Source: Candidatus Poribacteria bacterium (lineage in GTDB: Bacteria; Poribacteria; WGA-4E; PCPOR2b). Taken from it: a stretch of 64,000 nt of DNA. How positions within the stretch are numbered: the first letter of the stretch is position 1; every line of letters starts with the position of its first letter. A program made the position numbers and the translations under genes. The DNA lies in NCBI GenBank assembly GCA_965198165.1, contig OZ240244.1, positions 1,258,061 through 1,322,060 on the forward strand, given 5' to 3'. The notes under the pieces are model-generated. The model made no database searches and was not told the DNA's origin. It saw only the letters and a program-made list of their open reading frames with translations. Below are positions 36,909 to 45,249 of the stretch, in pieces.

Positions 36909-36960
36909 AATAACGGGTTCGACCCGGGTTGCCCTCTACACGGTAGATTATCGCTTAGGT

Positions 36961-37248
36961 ATGTACGAAAATGACTCTGAACAGATTAACCAACACATCC
37001 CGGAGGTCATGATGCACGAATTTCCGTTAGTCCAACACTTTATTGAGCAAGGTATTGAACAAGGGATTAAGCAAGGGCGTCAAGAAGGGCATCAAGAAGG
37101 GCGCCAAGAAGGTACTGAGCAAGCCCTGACAGCAATTGCGATTGCCATGCTGAACGATAATCAACCGCTTGATACGATTGTCAAATACACCGGCTTATCT
37201 GAAGCGGAGATTGAACAATTAACCGAATCGGTTGATTCAACGACCTAA
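36961..37248 (+). CDS. free-standing Rpn C-terminal fragment ORF (95 aa), possibly an RpnS-like small protein or a pseudogene
   Basis: Near-identical to the last about 90 aa of the 35905..36777 protein. Preceded by the duplicated terminator block. Confidence 0.4.
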   Translation: MYENDSEQINQHIPEVMMHEFPLVQHFIEQGIEQGIKQGRQEGHQEGRQEGTEQALTAIAIAMLNDNQPLDTIVKYTGLSEAEIEQLTESVDSTT

Positions 37249-37489
37249 GCCTAACCCCTTTTCAAACAGACTCCGAACACAGGTGCGAATAGTATGCAAG
37301 GGCTTGGATTGGGCAATCCAATCCGAACGACTGGCAGATCAGAAAAGCCCCAACCATATCAAATGGCTAGGGCTTTTTGAATAACGGGTTCAACCCGGGT
37401 TGCCCTCTACACGGTAGATTATCGCTTAGGTATGTACGAAAATCTATGCTCCCTCCGCAAAAAAGAACGCAGCGGACATAAAAGATGGA

Positions 37490-37966
37490 TTGACTAAAAC
37501 ACGATTCAGTGATAAAATTCTTGATACGCACTACAAAAACGCTTGCGATTATTTTACGAGACTCACAGATAGCTTCGCTCCGTTGACCGAGTTTTGCACC
37601 GCCTCCGATTATTCTGCGGTCGTTAAAAAATACAGAAATCCAGAGGGTGGCAGTATTCTTTTTCGCCCAATCGGATTGACAATTATCACTGAAATTGTTT
37701 CAACGCTGGTCAAGAAATACCCATTGGATAGGTGCTTTGAGTTGGTTTCAAAATTGCCTACTGATTTGACAGCAGAACCTTATAACGGTGTTATCTGGCA
37801 TCCAACGCGAAAGCGGATGACGGGTGGGAAAACTCTCGTCAGAAATCTTTTGCTCTATATGTTAGATGCGTATGATGGGGATGAAGATAAACTGCACCAA
37901 GATTACGCAAAAGCATTAGGGGCACCCCAGTTGCTACCTGTTCCATACAAACTAAAACAGGGTTGA
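37490..37966 (+). pseudogene. DGQHR paralog-2 C-terminal fragment (158 aa)
   Basis: Near-identical to the C-terminus of 34490..35758. The N-terminal DGQHR motif region is absent. Confidence 0.6.
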
Positions 37967-37988
37967 TATAACCGACAATCAGTATCTG

Positions 37989-38501
37989 ATGCAGTACAAG
38001 GTGATACGATTGATTGAGATAGATGGGCAAGCGATTCTGGAAACGCAGGACCCCGGTTTACTACCACTCACGCCTTTGATGAAACGGCCTAATGATATGG
38101 ATGCCGATCGCTGGTTGGACGAATGTGTTAAAGCGACCAAGGCGGCAGACGTGGCACCGGAGGTTTTGCCCAATTTATTGGCGGTTTTGAGTATCTTTAG
38201 CAGTTTGGTTTATGACTCTGAACAGATTAACCAACACATCCCGGAGGTCATGATGCACGAATTTCCGTTAGTCCAACACTTTATTGAGCAAGGTATTGAA
38301 CAAGGGATTAAGCAAGGGCGTCAAGAAGGGCATCAAGAAGGGCACCAAGAAGGGCGCCAAGAAGGTACTGAGCAAGCCCTGACAGCAATTGCGATTGCCA
38401 TGCTGAACGATAATCAACCGATTGATACGATTGTCAAATACACCGGCTTATCTGAAGCGGAGATTAAACAATTAACCGAATCGGTTGATTCAACGACCTA
38501 A
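37989..38501 (+). CDS. Rpn C-terminal half fragment ORF (170 aa) with one extra HQEG repeat unit
   Basis: Matches residues about 125-290 of the 35905..36777 protein. The junction at 37966-37990 fuses the DGQHR 3' end to Rpn internal sequence. Confidence 0.4.
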   Translation: MQYKVIRLIEIDGQAILETQDPGLLPLTPLMKRPNDMDADRWLDECVKATKAADVAPEVLPNLLAVLSIFSSLVYDSEQINQHIPEVMMHEFPLVQHFIEQGIEQGIKQGRQEGHQEGHQEGRQEGTEQALTAIAIAMLNDNQPIDTIVKYTGLSEAEIKQLTESVDSTT

Positions 38502-38632
38502 GCCTAACCCCTTTTCAAACAGACTCCGAACACAGGTGCGAATAGTATGCAAGGGCTTGGATTGGGCAATCCAATCCGAACGACTCGGGGTGGAAAAGAA
38601 TCAAATCCATCTTCCTGTATCTGTGATTAAGT

Positions 38633-39625
38633 GTGTGTCCTAAGAATCACTGCCAAAGTATCACGAAAAATATGTCCCCCGATATCCTACAAAACTATGT
38701 CCAAAGGATGGAACGCTTGCGAATAGACAGGGCGCACGGAGACGCTCCTCACAAGCCTCTCCTCCTGTTGGCAGTCATTGAACTGATTGAGCAAGGACAG
38801 ATTCACGAAAATAGGATCCACCTCTCCCCAGATTTGGCTGAGACCTTCATGAAATATTGGTCAACAGTAACGAATCGAAGGACCAATATCGCCTTGCCAT
38901 TTTTCCACTTAAGAGGTGATGAATTCTGGCATCTCCATCCAAATCCTGGATACGAAACAGCCTTGAACGTCGCCAGTCGAATCAGAGGGATTTCTCGCCT
39001 TCGCGAAGTTATTGCGTATGCGAGTTTGGATGACGACCTTTTTGTTTTACTCACTAATCCCCTGCATCGAGAAGTCATCCGCCAAACCCTTATCCAAACC
39101 TATCTTTCGGATTTCGAGCAAGAGATCGAAAGTCTCCTTGCAGAAGAACAGCAGATTGGAGAATATAGGGCTTTGCTAATCCGACAAAGCGAACTTCCCT
39201 TTTCATCTCAGGAACCAACAGCACCAATCCAAGCAGAAACTTCAATTCGTGACGCGGGTTTCCGTCAAGCAATCATGGGATTGTACAATTACACCTGCGC
39301 TGTCTGTGAGTTGCGTATTGTCACAATGGACGGAGAAAGTGCGACTGACGCTGCCCACATCATTCCCTTTAGTCTTTCGCAGAATGACGATGTACGAAAT
39401 GGAATTTCTCTGTGCAAATTGCACCATTGGGCTTTTGACAAAGGATTAATTTCCTTGAGCGAGACCTATCAAGTTATTGTTTCGGTGCTTATGTCCGATC
39501 AGCGTCCAACGGAGGACAGGCTAACTGAACTGCGCGATAGATCTATATTGTTGCCCGAACACAATCAACTATACCCTGCCCAAGATGCCTTGGAGTGGCA
39601 TCGTGAGGAAGTGCTTAGACAGTAA
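38633..39625 (+). CDS. HNH endonuclease with an N-terminal recognition-like domain
   Basis: HNH core CAVCEL...AHIIPF...NGISLCKLHHWAFDKG. The N-terminal 230 aa, uncharacterised, contain GDAPHKPLLLLAVIELIEQG. Confidence 0.75.
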   Translation: MCPKNHCQSITKNMSPDILQNYVQRMERLRIDRAHGDAPHKPLLLLAVIELIEQGQIHENRIHLSPDLAETFMKYWSTVTNRRTNIALPFFHLRGDEFWHLHPNPGYETALNVASRIRGISRLREVIAYASLDDDLFVLLTNPLHREVIRQTLIQTYLSDFEQEIESLLAEEQQIGEYRALLIRQSELPFSSQEPTAPIQAETSIRDAGFRQAIMGLYNYTCAVCELRIVTMDGESATDAAHIIPFSLSQNDDVRNGISLCKLHHWAFDKGLISLSETYQVIVSVLMSDQRPTEDRLTELRDRSILLPEHNQLYPAQDALEWHREEVLRQ

Positions 39626-39678
39626 CTTAATACGATCCTCAATGAAGCTCTTAACCACTAAAATAGATGAGGTGCTCT

Positions 39679-41265
39679 ATGGGTAACTGGCACAAAATTA
39701 AGGTCAGTTCAAAAATATTGGGGCACATTAGTGGAGGCATATATCGTAGCCCCGCTGATGCGATAAAAGAATTAGTCAGTAATGCGTTTGATGCCGATGC
39801 GACTCGTGTTGCGATTACCACGAATTGGCCGAGCTTCGATATCATCACATGCCGTGACAATGGCAGTGGGATGGAGCAAGAGAAGTTTGAAAGGATAATG
39901 ACTCAGGAAATCGGCGAAAGCACGAAGCGGGTTGCAACTGATGGGAACCCTAATGATGTGACAGAGCTGGGTAGACCAATAATTGGGTGGTTAGGGATTG
40001 GTATGTTGGGAATTGCTCAAATTTGTCGCGAGTTCAGAGTTATATCGCATCATAAGGAGACTCAAACGGCTTTTAGGGCAAGGGTACGTTTGGAGGATTT
40101 CCTCCGTGAAAAAGTGAGTGATATTCCACCAGACCCCGTCGTCCAGCAGTCAATCAACGTTGGGGAATTTATGGTCGAACCGATTGACTATGAACCGGAC
40201 AACGCAGGCACTTATGTGATTGCCTCGCGGGTGCGCTCGGCTTTTCTGAGGCAATTTCGAGCAACTGTAGGCGAAGAGCGGTTGCCATCAAAATTTTCAG
40301 CATTTTTGAAGACCATCCACCGCGCCAGATCTGTGAAAGCTCTCGGTGACTATTGGCAGATGGTTTGGGAGCTAACTGTGGCATGTCCAGTTCCCTACGC
40401 CGAGGCAGGTCCCTTTGATTGGGATAAAATTGAGGTAGAACCGAAACTCAAAAAACGGTTAATTGACCTGCAAGAAACATTAAGAGCGTACCAATTTCAG
40501 GTAGTTGTTGATGGTTTATCGTTACGCAAGCCGAATCAATATCCACTTGCCGCTCCGCAAATACCAAAGCATAAACAAACAACAGGAAAGTTATTCTCTG
40601 TCAATAAAGAGGGAGAAGTATATGGGCAGACTTTCAAATTATCTGGCTACATTTACTTGCAAAATGGTCACGCAGTTGAACCGATGGAACTACGTGGCTT
40701 GTTGGTAAGAATACGAAACACCGCTATCGGGACTTACGACCCAACTCTCTTTACATACCCGAGCATTCCGGCACCGTGTTTCAATTGGTTATCCGGTGAA
40801 ATCTATGTTGAAAAGGGCTTGGAATTCGCGCTAAACATAGACAGGGACAGTTTCAATGAGATGCATCCTCACTTCGTGAAACTCAAAGAGATTATCCACA
40901 ATTTGCTCAAGCAGGAAGTTTTTCCCGAAGCACACCGAGGCCAAAGAAAAAGGTCTCAAGGAATACATGAGGATAGGGAAAATACAAAACGAGCCATCCT
41001 CAAATCTTTAATTCGTCAAGAGCTCGGCGGCGATTATGTACTCACTCGAACAGATGAAAAACCATTTCCCCTGACAATTGATACAGTTCAAGACATGATA
41101 TTCGAGAACAATCAAAGCCCCTTATTACCTAACGCTAAAAGCAAACGGGAACTCATACAACGCATCGCGTATGCCTTTGAAATTTCTATGGAAGCTCCAG
41201 AGGACAAACGTAGGGAAAAATTTTACCTGCTACTATCAGAGTTCGTAAAGTTAGGTTTGTTGTAA
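39679..41265 (+). CDS. GHKL-superfamily ATPase (HATPase_c_3-like)
   Basis: N-box ELVSNAFDADAT. G1 box CRDNGSGM. Length and architecture are typical of defence-associated MORC/HATPase proteins. The ATG at 39679 (MGNWHK) is likelier than the one at 39667. Confidence 0.7.
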   Translation: MGNWHKIKVSSKILGHISGGIYRSPADAIKELVSNAFDADATRVAITTNWPSFDIITCRDNGSGMEQEKFERIMTQEIGESTKRVATDGNPNDVTELGRPIIGWLGIGMLGIAQICREFRVISHHKETQTAFRARVRLEDFLREKVSDIPPDPVVQQSINVGEFMVEPIDYEPDNAGTYVIASRVRSAFLRQFRATVGEERLPSKFSAFLKTIHRARSVKALGDYWQMVWELTVACPVPYAEAGPFDWDKIEVEPKLKKRLIDLQETLRAYQFQVVVDGLSLRKPNQYPLAAPQIPKHKQTTGKLFSVNKEGEVYGQTFKLSGYIYLQNGHAVEPMELRGLLVRIRNTAIGTYDPTLFTYPSIPAPCFNWLSGEIYVEKGLEFALNIDRDSFNEMHPHFVKLKEIIHNLLKQEVFPEAHRGQRKRSQGIHEDRENTKRAILKSLIRQELGGDYVLTRTDEKPFPLTIDTVQDMIFENNQSPLLPNAKSKRELIQRIAYAFEISMEAPEDKRREKFYLLLSEFVKLGLL

Positions 41266-41286
41266 ACTCTATAGGAGCCTGCATAG

Positions 41287-42396
41287 ATGAATCACATCAA
41301 TTTTGAAACAGATCTTCCCAAACATTACGTCAGAAGATACGGATGGTTGCGGGCTATTCAGCAACAAAAACAGGCAATCAGAAAACGGTCAAAAAGGATT
41401 CCCTTGCGCTATTTTACGTTCTGTGCAGAAGATGCAATTGATGTCTTTATGTTAGAACGCGAGGAAATTCTTAAAAGGTCAGAGGAAACAGGGTACCTAG
41501 AAGGTGTCTACTTTTGTGAGGAGGACCTTGAGAAGTTCGGGAAAATAGCTAATTTAATAGGCTCCGCTGAACAAGGGTTTCAAGGCGCATTTGAAAAGAT
41601 TGTACTGTTTGAGGACGATGAAGAAACAACGGGGAAAACATTGGAAGATGAGGATTCTTATCCACCTGAGATCCACGAAAAGCTTATATTCAAAGATGCA
41701 CATCATCGCTTACATGAAGCGTTCCCATTCGATATTATCAACCTTGACGTGTTTGGTGTCATGTTTCCCGCCAGAAAGGGGATTATAACACCCCTTCTGG
41801 AATCAATTATTCAAATTTTAGAGTGGCAAACGGAATCAAGGTTTTCAATCAACAATCGCGAATGCGACCAATTCACGTTATTTCTTACCTCTCACATTGA
41901 TCCAGATCTGACAGATCAAACCGCAATACAACAACTTGAAAATCGAGTCATTGACAATATCAGTACGAGTGTGGATTTTGAATCTGCTTTTGTCAAGCAA
42001 TATGGACACAATCAAGTTCAGAAACTCGTAAGTGAGAATTTCGCCGAATTTTTCTGCGTCGCCCTTCCGAAATTTATGATTTATCAGGCCCTATTTGAGC
42101 TCGGGTGGCAAGTCACCTGTGGCCCGACATATTTGTATAATCGTGATGACAGGTGGATGGAAAATAAGCAGTATCAAATTATGCACACGGTTTCAGTTTA
42201 TGAACGTATTCCCAACTTTCAAAAACGTCTTGATGCTCCCAGTGCAGGTCAATATATTCAGTTAGTCACCCAACTTGTCAATGATGGCGTTGAATGGGTG
42301 GATGATGTTATAGCAAATCCTGATATCAACCGGGAATTAAAGGAAGATCTGGAAGGGATTGTCGAATTGAGAAATCGGTATCAGAGACCGCAATAG
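41287..42396 (+). CDS. hypothetical protein (369 aa), probable partner of the GHKL ATPase
   Basis: Long ORF, 22 bp after the ATPase stop. No motif I can assign with confidence. Confidence 0.5.
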   Translation: MNHINFETDLPKHYVRRYGWLRAIQQQKQAIRKRSKRIPLRYFTFCAEDAIDVFMLEREEILKRSEETGYLEGVYFCEEDLEKFGKIANLIGSAEQGFQGAFEKIVLFEDDEETTGKTLEDEDSYPPEIHEKLIFKDAHHRLHEAFPFDIINLDVFGVMFPARKGIITPLLESIIQILEWQTESRFSINNRECDQFTLFLTSHIDPDLTDQTAIQQLENRVIDNISTSVDFESAFVKQYGHNQVQKLVSENFAEFFCVALPKFMIYQALFELGWQVTCGPTYLYNRDDRWMENKQYQIMHTVSVYERIPNFQKRLDAPSAGQYIQLVTQLVNDGVEWVDDVIANPDINRELKEDLEGIVELRNRYQRPQ

Positions 42397-42415
42397 TTTC
42401 AGTCGCAAGACTTAA

Positions 42416-43099
42416 TCACTCTCCACGTTTTTCCAACCCCACCTCAATCAATTTTGCCGTTGAGGTTGGGATGCCGACCACTTCAATCTGGGCGGTCTGA
42501 TATGCCTCCTTTTTAACCGTGACAATTGAAGCGAGATCTGCCCAGATTGTAACTTCAAATTTTCCTTCCGAATTTGAGATACTCTCCAGGATGCTACAGA
42601 TACCCTCTGTACACTCGACACGAATTGATGCGCCAGCAATCGGGGCTCCGCTGTCGGCATCAAACACGGTTCCGATGAGGCGGGTTGGAATATATTTCCC
42701 GGTCTCTTGGGGGTAGATAATCGCACGGCCTACGTCGGTTGTTTCGCCTGCTATAACTTCTACGTTTTTGAGGGCACTGTTCGTCGTGTAACCGGGTGCC
42801 GTGACGTGAAGTTGATAGGTGCCAGCGGTGAGATTGTCAATCTCAAAGACCCCGTCTTTAACCCTGACAACGGTGATAACTTCCCCGTCTTGTAACACTG
42901 TTACTTCTGCGTCGGTAACGGTGATTGGTGAAATATTGCCGAAAATTGAGCCTGTCGCGTGTTGCGCCTCAAGATGCTCATCTGTTCTTTCACCTTCCGC
43001 GCAACCAATGACCCATACCATCCCGATCAGTCCGCTCAAAGTACAACAGCACACCAACCGATCCCAGCCTTGAGGTTGCGAATGTGACGTACGGTTCAA
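42416..43099 (-). CDS. lipoprotein with carboxypeptidase-regulatory-like (CarbopepD_reg) beta-sandwich domains
   Basis: Lipobox VIGC. Two NLTAGTYQL-type transthyretin-like repeats. Confidence 0.6.
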   Translation of the reverse strand: MNRTSHSQPQGWDRLVCCCTLSGLIGMVWVIGCAEGERTDEHLEAQHATGSIFGNISPITVTDAEVTVLQDGEVITVVRVKDGVFEIDNLTAGTYQLHVTAPGYTTNSALKNVEVIAGETTDVGRAIIYPQETGKYIPTRLIGTVFDADSGAPIAGASIRVECTEGICSILESISNSEGKFEVTIWADLASIVTVKKEAYQTAQIEVVGIPTSTAKLIEVGLEKRGE

Positions 43100-44187
43100 A
43101 ACTGAATTACTCCTCGTGCCACTTCTCCGTTCAGCATGGCGGTAAAGGCTTCGTTGACTTCCTCCAGTTGATAGGTTCGTGTGACCAGTTCATCTAACTT
43201 GAGCACACCGGCACGATAGAGCGCAAGCAAACGGGGCATGTCGTAGCGCGGACGTGCGGAGCCGTAATTACTGCCCATCACGGTTTTTTCGCCCCAAAAG
43301 ACGATGCTGGCATCAAGGGAAATCGGTTCACGGGGTGGAGCACCAATCCAGATTGCCTTCCCGCGATTCCGAATGGCACGCACTGTCTGTTCGTAGGTTA
43401 TCTTTGTACCAATTGCCTCGAACGCGTAATCCGCCCCTAAGCCATCGGTCAAGTCTTGAATCTCGGCGATGACATCCCCTTCGCTGGCATTAATCGTATG
43501 GGTTGCCCCGAACTGCCGTGCGAATTCCAATTTCGAGTCCATTATATCCACAGCGATGATTCTCTCTGCCCCAGCGATGACCGCGCCTTGAAGCACATTC
43601 AAGCCAATCCCGCCCGCACCGAAAACGACGACACTGCTTCCCGGTCGGACTTGGGCGGTATTCGTCGCTGCACAAACTCCTGTCGTGACACTACATCCGA
43701 CTAGAGCTGCCTTATCCAACGGCATCTCTTTATCGATCGGAATCGCGCATTCTTGCGGGATTACGCTGTACTCGGCGAAGGACGCAACCATCCCAAAATG
43801 GTGGATAGCCACTCCGTTCTTGCTGTAGCGGGTCGTGCCGTCGGGAAGGTTTCCGCGTCCGCCCTTTCTCGAATTGAGGCAGATATTGGCGTAGCCTTGC
43901 GTACAGTATATACAGTGACCGCAGGATGGCACCCACGAGAGAATGACGTGGTCACCGGGCTTGACCAGAGTAACCCCTTTTCCAACTTCCGCAACGACCC
44001 CGGCACCCTCGTCGCCCAATACGACGGGAAGAGGTATATCGAGTTTGCCGGTGACAGCGTGGTAACAACTATGACAAACGCCTGTCGCCGCTACTTTCAC
44101 AACGATTTCGCCTGCTTTGGGGGCTTGCATTTCAATGTCTTCAACGACAACAGGTTGATTTAATTCATACAGAACAGCAGCTTTCAT
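43096..44187 (-). CDS. zinc-dependent alcohol dehydrogenase (MDR family)
   Basis: GVCHSCYH..GDEGAGVV zinc motif and a GAGGIGL Rossmann motif. Confidence 0.9.
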   Translation of the reverse strand: MKAAVLYELNQPVVVEDIEMQAPKAGEIVVKVAATGVCHSCYHAVTGKLDIPLPVVLGDEGAGVVAEVGKGVTLVKPGDHVILSWVPSCGHCIYCTQGYANICLNSRKGGRGNLPDGTTRYSKNGVAIHHFGMVASFAEYSVIPQECAIPIDKEMPLDKAALVGCSVTTGVCAATNTAQVRPGSSVVVFGAGGIGLNVLQGAVIAGAERIIAVDIMDSKLEFARQFGATHTINASEGDVIAEIQDLTDGLGADYAFEAIGTKITYEQTVRAIRNRGKAIWIGAPPREPISLDASIVFWGEKTVMGSNYGSARPRYDMPRLLALYRAGVLKLDELVTRTYQLEEVNEAFTAMLNGEVARGVIQF

Positions 44188-44213
44188 AGCTCCTCCTTGT
44201 CTAGTTTCTCAGG

Positions 44214-44245
44214 GATCTGCTGGATTTGTCAATCCAGCAGGAGCA
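44214..44245. repeat. 32-bp perfect palindrome (gctcctgctggatt-tgtc-aatccagcaggagc family)
   Basis: See 16030-16053. A degenerate second copy lies at 44296-44316. Confidence 0.7.
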
Positions 44246-44332
44246 CTATGGGGGATTAGAAACCGAGTTTTGAGGAAAAAACTTGGTTTCTCACAGGGAT
44301 TTGGCAATCTAGCAGGAGCGGTGTGGAGAATG

Positions 44333-45139
44333 TTACTCTTCCGCTTCTTCGCCCAAGAGTTCCGCTAACTCCCCTAAGAGGTCTCGCTCTTCGTCCTCAT
44401 CCGTTTCATCTACGTCATCGTCGTGACGGTTTCTGCGTTGTTCCAATCCCTCCTCCACTGATTCAAGGTCTGACCGAAATTCGATTAGGTTGCTCAGATA
44501 CCGTTCGCGTGTGATATTCTCTGCCTCGCCGTAGCCTTCGCGTAGACATTCGCCACAAAATTGTCCGATGCGTTGAATTCCCAAATCGATCTGCCTTAAC
44601 GCTTCCTCCTCGTCGCCTTCCCTGAGACTGAGTTCGGCATTCGCAATCCCACTCATCATTAGCATGTAGCCTTTGTATTGGTAGTGTTGCCACGCGATGG
44701 CTGGAGGCGCGTATTTGCGGGCGAAATCCGTAGCGGCAATGTTGGTCTCGGTATCCCGCTTGACATCAGTCCAGCGTTTGATTGATGCGAAATGTAAATA
44801 CCTAATGTATCGGTCAGTGGATTCATCAAATAGAGAACGCCAATCCTCTGGCGTTAATCGAAATCCTTCATCGCTACCGTGCTGATTTTTATAATCCGCA
44901 AGTTGGTCGTGAAAGTATTCATAGTAGGACTCGCGCCCGTGCGGTTTTGTGCCATCTGGACGGCCGGAGGCGTAAAGACGCATGAGCGTAAACGCATTCG
45001 CCTGTATAATAACGACCTCCCTGCCATCTGCAAGTGATAAGACTTGAACAGGTTGGACAGCATCAAATGACAGACTCTCCAGAACTTTATCTAGCGTTTG
45101 CATTAGATGTGTGTTTCTTTCAATAACATTGTTTGGCAT
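44333..45139 (-). CDS. hypothetical protein with an acidic C-terminal tail
   Basis: 268-aa ORF. The C-terminus is D/E-rich (DDDVDETDEDEERD). No assignable family. Confidence 0.5.
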   Translation of the reverse strand: MPNNVIERNTHLMQTLDKVLESLSFDAVQPVQVLSLADGREVVIIQANAFTLMRLYASGRPDGTKPHGRESYYEYFHDQLADYKNQHGSDEGFRLTPEDWRSLFDESTDRYIRYLHFASIKRWTDVKRDTETNIAATDFARKYAPPAIAWQHYQYKGYMLMMSGIANAELSLREGDEEEALRQIDLGIQRIGQFCGECLREGYGEAENITRERYLSNLIEFRSDLESVEEGLEQRRNRHDDDVDETDEDEERDLLGELAELLGEEAEE

Positions 45140-45249
45140 TTCTCACCTCTCCTGAAAAAAATGATATATGTGAACGGAAAATGAATTCCTCCAACAGATA
45201 GCCCGCAAATTCTCCCATTCACAGCTTCGTAAATTCTCTGATTTGTGAA

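Noticed and set aside
36915-36950. tRNA-like T-arm (gggttcgacccgg), duplicated at 37385-37420
   Set aside because: No acceptor, D or anticodon arms can be built around it. It is part of the duplicated terminator block. At most it is a relic of a tRNA-gene 3' end used as an integration site.
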